IMG/VR virus record: IMGVR_UViG_3300032167_000057
Coordinates: 4,886-68,885 of that record
Direction: 5' to 3' (one strand)
Length of the DNA: 64,000 nucleotides
Source of the DNA: a virus
Lineage: Duplodnaviria; Heunggongvirae; Uroviricota; Caudoviricetes
Position 1 is the stretch's first letter. Every line of letters begins with the position of its first letter. Positions 58,969 through 64,000 of the stretch are shown in pieces. The translations under genes were made by a program, and so were the position numbers. Below the pieces are notes generated by a model that was not told the DNA's origin, searched no databases, and saw nothing but the letters and a program-made list of their open reading frames with translations.

Positions 58969-60345
58969 TTATGATTCTACAAAATAATAATCATAAACAT
59001 CATTCGCACAAGTATTCGGATGTTCTCTAAAGAAATTACCCCATGCTTCTGCTTCGGTAATTCCTTCCGCATAATCAACTTCTTCTTTATCATTGATATC
59101 CATATAATAGATTTCCAGATAAATTTCTGGTTCTACATATAAATAAACACCCTGCGCTGTTTCTTTAGCCTTTGCTGATGCTACGTTTTCTGTTTCTTTT
59201 ACATTATTTGTTGTAGCGCTGGTTGATGTAGTAGTATCAGTAGTATTGTTCTGACATGCATCATAATGTTCTTTTGAATAATAACCATAGCGGCGCTTAC
59301 TGTAATAATAATCATAGTCATAATCATAATCATCATAACCATAATCGTATCCATAACCGTATCCGTAAGAAGAACGATAATTTCCAGTATAAGTATATTT
59401 CTTTTCAATATATTCAAATACTGGTGCTTCATCCGCTTTGTCTAATAAATCCTTAACAACATTACCTGTGTTATACATCTCTTCCAATAAGATATATTCA
59501 TCTTTTGTATGAGCATTGTAATAACCACAAGATAAATTAACTGCTGCCACTTTAGATGGAGGTGCTAAGTGACCAATATCACTAAATGAACCCCATGCCG
59601 TTTTAAATCCCGTATTATCTGTAATATATTTTGTAAATTCAGGATTATCGCACTGATAAAATACTGCATCCATTCCGTTTTTACGGTCAAGTTCAATCAT
59701 ATATTTCAAACTTTTTAATTCGTCCGCATATACAGTTTTCATAAACTTATTAGAACCAACACCGCCACTTTCTTCATCCTCACAGAATAAAATATAAGGC
59801 TTGTACGTGTTAATTATGTCCATAATAATATAAACACCGCAACGGTCATCTCCGCCAATACCAAAAGGAGAAGAAACTTTAGTTAAGCCTTCTTTCGTTT
59901 TTTCTTCCGTAATAATATAAGGCGGATAATCATGCACAGTATCCATATGAGATGTTAATAAAATAGGGATATCTCCAATTGCGAAAATATAACCATCTCC
60001 TACAATTGGCTGATATCCCTTGTTTTTCAAGTATTTCACTAAAAACTCTTTTAGTTTTTTCTGTGGAAACTTCACAATTGTTTCCAACGCTTTATTGCTT
60101 GGTATTCCTGTGTTGCAAATGAATGTCCTTTCCGCCTTTTTCGGTGTAGTTGTAGTTGTAGTTGTTGAAGTGGTAGTAGCAGTCGCTGGTTGAGAAACTG
60201 TCTGCTGAACAACACTTGGTACTGCTAAATTATTTGTTGCTGTTTTGTCAGGTTCGCTCTGTGTGTTTTCTTGACTAAAATTATACAATACTCCCATATT
60301 ATTCATCCTCGCTTTCTTCCCAATCTTCTTCCTCTGCACGTTCAT
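58969..60345 (-). CDS. M42/M28-type metallopeptidase-like protein flanked by Thr-rich and Tyr-Gly/Tyr-Asp low-complexity tracts
   Basis: Core LLTSHMDTV, FGIGGDDRCGVYIIMDI and FCEDEESGGVGSN resemble M42 (HMDEIG, DDRaG, EEvGlrGA). The N-terminus has TTTSTTTTTTTP. The C-terminus has YGYGYGYDYGYDDYDYDYDYYY. Confidence 0.45.
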   Translation of the reverse strand: MNVQRKKIGKKARMNNMGVLYNFSQENTQSEPDKTATNNLAVPSVVQQTVSQPATATTTSTTTTTTTPKKAERTFICNTGIPSNKALETIVKFPQKKLKEFLVKYLKNKGYQPIVGDGYIFAIGDIPILLTSHMDTVHDYPPYIITEEKTKEGLTKVSSPFGIGGDDRCGVYIIMDIINTYKPYILFCEDEESGGVGSNKFMKTVYADELKSLKYMIELDRKNGMDAVFYQCDNPEFTKYITDNTGFKTAWGSFSDIGHLAPPSKVAAVNLSCGYYNAHTKDEYILLEEMYNTGNVVKDLLDKADEAPVFEYIEKKYTYTGNYRSSYGYGYGYDYGYDDYDYDYDYYYSKRRYGYYSKEHYDACQNNTTDTTTSTSATTNNVKETENVASAKAKETAQGVYLYVEPEIYLEIYYMDINDKEEVDYAEGITEAEAWGNFFREHPNTCANDVYDYYFVES

Positions 60346-62566
60346 CTAACAGGTCTTGGTAACATTCTCCGCATAAATCCTGTCCCGTTTCTTCATCATA
60401 ATGTGATTCAGATTTTAACATCCATTCTCCACAAACATCGCAACATGTAATACGGTCATCTTCTTCTGGATATAAGTGGCCATTAATTTCAATATAGTCA
60501 TCTCGATAGTATTCTGGAACATAATAACCGTCTACATCTACAAAACAGTCATCTGGATGATAATAGTCTCCATTATATTCAACAATTCTAATAGAATCAT
60601 AAGCATCGTCACATACTCGGCCATAATTTTCTACATATATAGAATTACCAACTTCATATTCATTATGATATTCACAATAGAAAGTACAATCCATACAATA
60701 ATAGTCGCCATCAATAATTACATATGAATCTTCATATTCTAAATCAATCTCGTCCCCACAATCCGCGCAATACACTGTACGAGTGCGACTGCCTGTGCTT
60801 GCTTCTGCTTCAGTTTCAGCAGTGGGATGAAAATTTACATTAGATTTGCTTACTTCATGGCAACAATTGATTGTGTTATCTTCGTTAAACTCTTCTCCAC
60901 AAGAAATACAAATCGGTCTAGCACCAACCTTTACAGAAGTTTTATTCATTTCTCTTTCTGCTGGATAAGATACATTGCATCCACTCACATTTGTCCAGTC
61001 AGTGTAACATCTAGCACCTTCGCCTCTCTTGAACATATTACCGCAGATTTCTCCACCAAATTCAGTATTCCAGTTTGCAATACCTGCGCATGGTGACCAT
61101 AAAGATAAGAATGAATTTCTAACCTGAGTATATAAATCAGATTTTCCGTCACTGCCCTGAGGATATAAACGTGACTGGCACAATTTATCGTTGCCCCAAT
61201 AGAACATACAACGGTTAATCTTTTCTACTTCCTGAAGGTTAGGATTTTCTTCATTATCTTTTAAATGATAATAAACCATAGATGAAGCATCTAACATATA
61301 ACTTGTTGTACCGCTTGCGTGCATACCTGAATAGCCGTCTGACTTACTCTTTCTAAGATTGAGTTTGTCAATTGTATGACAACTTGTCCATGATACTCCA
61401 AAACTCTGTGTCCAATAATCTACTGGATGAACAGAAATAACCACTTTTCTCTTTTCTGGTTTTGGAGAAATTGCATCTGTATAAGCCGCATATTCACGCT
61501 CATACGGTTTCTTCATTTCCTCTTCATAATGGTCAACATGCCATACGTCTTCTTTGTGCTCTAATTCATCCAAGCGGAATAACTTACAAGCCTTACCAAC
61601 CGCTCTGGTTGTTTTCTGTCCTTCGGCTGCTTTAAACTTAGCATCCACTGGTTTCATAATTTCATTTAAAGCGTTAGCCTGCTCTTGGGTTAAATTCTCG
61701 TTACAAATGTTACTAATCCATTTCACAAATTCCTGAAATGCAGGATATACACCCTTATCTACATATTTAGGCAACTGCACCGCTTCTCTGTACTTGTCAT
61801 TATCCTGTTTCCATTCATCATATGTTCTACCATTAAATACTGTGGTTGCAGAATCACAGAAACGCAAATCATAAACAGCGCCAATAACTTCCGCGCCTCT
61901 TTCATATTTATTTAAAGCCTCATGACGTGGTAAGCCTTCTGATGTGATGGACGGTGTACACAAATGCGCTTCCATATCAAAATTATTTAACCAATATTTA
62001 CCGAACGCTTTAATCTTATCCTTATCAAGTTTGCGTTCAAATTCCTGAGTCTGTACAATCTGGAAGTTACCGTTATACGCTGGCGATTTCTTCATCATAT
62101 AGATTAAATCTTTTTTCTGTTCCCACCATCTATCAATAATGGCATTTAAACCTACCATAGAATATCTCCAACCTACGGCTGGTAAGACTCTCTGCATGGA
62201 CTCAATAATGCTTTGTCTCTCCTGCTCAGACAATACATTTGCTGACTGGTCAATTACATTGGCACAAGTAGTTGTATCAAAATGTTCTACTTTGTTTAAA
62301 CCAATCTTATCCATAATATAAACTGGAGCAGTGTCATCTCCATCGGTTGATACTAAATAAAGTGTATCATGTGTAATACGGTGTTCACCAGTACCTAATA
62401 CTATAAACAATCCATTGGCAGGATATGCCTTATTTGTGAATCTTGACTTATACTGCTGCAAATCTGCATTATCAGTAAAAAAGTCTTCATATTCGTCATA
62501 GACGTAATCGTTATTAACAAGTACTGTGTTTCCTTTCTCAATCTGTGTTCCTAATGCAAAACTCAT
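60299..62566 (-). CDS. large hypothetical protein with C-terminal multi-CxxC acidic region
   Basis: 755 aa. The C-terminal ~250 aa has at least 8 CxxC/CC pairs (CISCGEEF, CADCGDEI, CMDCTFYCEYH, CCDVCGEW, CGECYQ) and ends in an acidic tail EEEDWEESEDE. It overlaps the next gene by 47 nt. Confidence 0.4.
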   Translation of the reverse strand: MSFALGTQIEKGNTVLVNNDYVYDEYEDFFTDNADLQQYKSRFTNKAYPANGLFIVLGTGEHRITHDTLYLVSTDGDDTAPVYIMDKIGLNKVEHFDTTTCANVIDQSANVLSEQERQSIIESMQRVLPAVGWRYSMVGLNAIIDRWWEQKKDLIYMMKKSPAYNGNFQIVQTQEFERKLDKDKIKAFGKYWLNNFDMEAHLCTPSITSEGLPRHEALNKYERGAEVIGAVYDLRFCDSATTVFNGRTYDEWKQDNDKYREAVQLPKYVDKGVYPAFQEFVKWISNICNENLTQEQANALNEIMKPVDAKFKAAEGQKTTRAVGKACKLFRLDELEHKEDVWHVDHYEEEMKKPYEREYAAYTDAISPKPEKRKVVISVHPVDYWTQSFGVSWTSCHTIDKLNLRKSKSDGYSGMHASGTTSYMLDASSMVYYHLKDNEENPNLQEVEKINRCMFYWGNDKLCQSRLYPQGSDGKSDLYTQVRNSFLSLWSPCAGIANWNTEFGGEICGNMFKRGEGARCYTDWTNVSGCNVSYPAEREMNKTSVKVGARPICISCGEEFNEDNTINCCHEVSKSNVNFHPTAETEAEASTGSRTRTVYCADCGDEIDLEYEDSYVIIDGDYYCMDCTFYCEYHNEYEVGNSIYVENYGRVCDDAYDSIRIVEYNGDYYHPDDCFVDVDGYYVPEYYRDDYIEINGHLYPEEDDRITCCDVCGEWMLKSESHYDEETGQDLCGECYQDLLDERAEEEDWEESEDE

Positions 62567-62681
62567 TTTAATCTTCTCCTTTTGAAAATTTATTTTTTGA
62601 TTTTATTTTTTACGTACCTCATTCAACCCCATAAATGCCTTAGTATATTTCTTCTCCTTTCCTCGTTATTAGGGAAACCGC

Positions 62682-62747
62682 CCAGAAGGGACTTGAACCC
62701 ATTATTTACATACCATGGTACTGTCGTCTTTCCGTTAGACCACTGGG
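62682..62747 (-). tRNA. tRNA-like element (non-canonical; possible tRNA pseudogene or Met-like)
   Basis: On the minus strand: AGCCCAG-TG-GTCT-AACGGAA-AGAC then a T-arm ATGGG-TTCAAGT-CCCTT and CTGGGCG pairing with the 5' end. The anticodon region contains the palindrome GTACCATGGTAC. It gives only a 3-bp stem (loop ACCATGG, CAT centre). Confidence 0.3.
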
Positions 62748-62779
62748 CTATGATGGGGCTTTTCAGCCCCATTTACTAA

Positions 62780-63487
62780 TTACAGTCTAGCTGCTAAAGT
62801 TGATAAAGTTGCTGTTAAGGATGCAAGCACATCTCTTAAATCATCTGTATTATCACTTGCCACAGCATCTGCGCCTGCACAGCAGTAAGAATCCCTGTCA
62901 AATAACAGAGTTCTGCTTGTTGTGGAGTAAGGTCTTCCATCAATAGTATTCAGGATAGTCCAAACCTTCATGATATCCTTGCTCTGCTTGTAATTAACAG
63001 CCAACATATCATCATCCAACTTGGACAACTTAATTCCTTTGCCGTCTTCTGCAAAAGCAACAAGGCCGTCATTCTCTGTGTCCACTACAAGACGTAACTT
63101 TCCATCTCTTGTCTGTACTAACATATCTGCTGTAATATCGCTCTTTCTCATATTGCTACCTCCGTTAAATGAATAAGTTGTTACTGTTACAGTTGCTGAA
63201 ACTGGTGCACTCTCGGTCTGTCTAGACCATTTACATGTTCTGCATCCAGTCTCAAATACACGACCAGAAATGTCATGCATTGGGCCCCAAATCTCCATAA
63301 CGTCCTTGCTATCTCCGTAGCGGTTTCCGTCAAGGTCATCGGTTAACTTGGAAATCATGATTGACTTACCGTCTGCTGTGGAAGCAATAAGTCCATCTGC
63401 GCATGTGCTTGTTACAATGCGGTGTTTTCCATCTCTTGTGATGATAAGGTTACCAGTTGCGATTAAGTTTTTCTTTGACATAAGCAT
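62780..63487 (-). CDS. hypothetical protein built of two tandem ~105-aa repeats (GC content higher than surroundings)
   Basis: LIITRDGKHRIVTSTCADGLIASTADGKSIMISKLTDDLDGNRYGDSKDVMEIWGPMHDISGR is repeated as MLVQTRDGKLRLVVDTENDGLVAFAEDGKGIKLSKLDDDMLAVNYKQSKDIMKVWTILNTIDGR. The codons are visibly GC-richer than in neighbouring genes. Confidence 0.45.
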   Translation of the reverse strand: MLMSKKNLIATGNLIITRDGKHRIVTSTCADGLIASTADGKSIMISKLTDDLDGNRYGDSKDVMEIWGPMHDISGRVFETGCRTCKWSRQTESAPVSATVTVTTYSFNGGSNMRKSDITADMLVQTRDGKLRLVVDTENDGLVAFAEDGKGIKLSKLDDDMLAVNYKQSKDIMKVWTILNTIDGRPYSTTSRTLLFDRDSYCCAGADAVASDNTDDLRDVLASLTATLSTLAARL

Positions 63488-63531
63488 ATGTCCTCCTTTA
63501 AAATAAGTATTTTATTTTTCCTTTCGGAAAG

Positions 63532-63603
63532 TGACTCTCTGTGGATTCGAACCACAGTCTTTGCACTGAGAATGCAACGTCTTAACCTCTTGACTAGAGA
63601 GCC
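63532..63603 (-). tRNA. tRNA-Glu (anticodon CUC)
   Basis: On the minus strand: GGCTCTC-TA-GTC-AAGAGGTTAA-GAC-G-TTGCA-TTCTCAG-TGCAA-AGAC-TGTGG-TTCGAAT-CCACA-GAGAGTC-A. The stems pair well. Confidence 0.7.
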
Positions 63604-63616
63604 AATAAAAAAGAGG

Positions 63617-63922
63617 CTACGTATTAGCCTCTTTAAATAATTTCGGTATATATTGAGTTGATAAATTTAATGGTTCAATTATTTTATTCAAGTCTCTTAT
63701 CGCACCAAATTTTGAAACATTATATTGTATTCTTTTACTTGCTGTATTAATTTCAAACGCATAACCACCATCCCCATAATAATTCAGAATATCTTTAGTT
63801 GGGAATTGATTAAAATTCATTGAAAAACTAGGAAATCCACTCCATCTATATGACAGCGATGCCAACATTTGTATAATTAATTCCGTCTCTTTCCTGTTTT
63901 TAAATATCACTCTTATTTTCAT
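63617..63922 (-). CDS. hypothetical protein
   Basis: 101 aa ORF. Confidence 0.35.
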   Translation of the reverse strand: MKIRVIFKNRKETELIIQMLASLSYRWSGFPSFSMNFNQFPTKDILNYYGDGGYAFEINTASKRIQYNVSKFGAIRDLNKIIEPLNLSTQYIPKLFKEANT

Positions 63923-64000
63923 GGTTTATATCCTCTGCATAAAAGCTTTGTATCTTCAATAAATTCGGTTAACATTAATCGATTCCACATCCAACCTACT

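Noticed and set aside
1-64000. CRISPR arrays, reverse transcriptase/DGR, toxin-antitoxin pairs
   Set aside because: I scanned for regularly spaced direct repeats and for RT motifs (YxDD) and found none. The only TA-like hint is the lone AbrB/MazE-fold gene with no obvious toxin.

Overview
This window is an AT-rich (about 30% GC) stretch that reads as a Firmicutes-type (Clostridium/Bacillus-like) temperate phage or prophage; no cellular housekeeping genes are visible. Coding density is high. Genes at 396-4771 lie on the plus strand and form a lysis cassette: small membrane and holin-like proteins, a papain-like peptidase, and a three-domain endolysin with NlpC/P60, GH25 and SH3 domains. Essentially everything from 4814 to 63922 is on the minus strand. 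Reading the minus strand from high to low coordinates gives, in order: three tRNA or tRNA-like genes and odd large proteins (63.6-58.9 kb); a long run of small early-type ORFs (58-47 kb) that includes an AbrB-like regulator, duplicated gene cassettes, a second tyrosine recombinase and two paralogous sigma-like factors; a replication module (41-24.8 kb) with an SSB-like protein, an AAA_24/Sak4-like ATPase, a DnaB-like helicase, a DnaG-like primase, a Cas4-like PD-(D/E)XK nuclease, tRNA-Gln, an SPFH/band-7 protein, a DnaE-type Pol III alpha split by a small ORF-less group I intron, and a RecD2-like helicase; a nucleotide-metabolism module (24-20 kb) with a deoxyribosyltransferase-like protein, NrdD split by a group I intron carrying an HNH homing endonuclease, dUTPase and, further along, a frameshifted ThyX-like gene; an accessory stretch (19.9-9 kb) of small unknown, membrane and Cys-rich proteins that also holds a bacterial-type PARG/macrodomain protein, a calcineurin-like phosphoesterase, an HPr-like protein lacking His15, a guanylate-kinase-like kinase and a SleB-like cell-wall hydrolase; and finally excisionase, an attP-like repeat region with a complete tRNA-Thr, a tyrosine integrase, an ART-like candidate and a Ku homologue. 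The most unusual content is the two sequence-related group I introns plus a possible third S-element relic, the HPr-mimic/kinase/phosphoesterase trio, the PARG-like macrodomain with a possible ART partner, a phage Ku, an SPFH protein, and a metallopeptidase with YG/YD low-complexity repeats. All calls come from reading motifs by eye; none was checked against a database.
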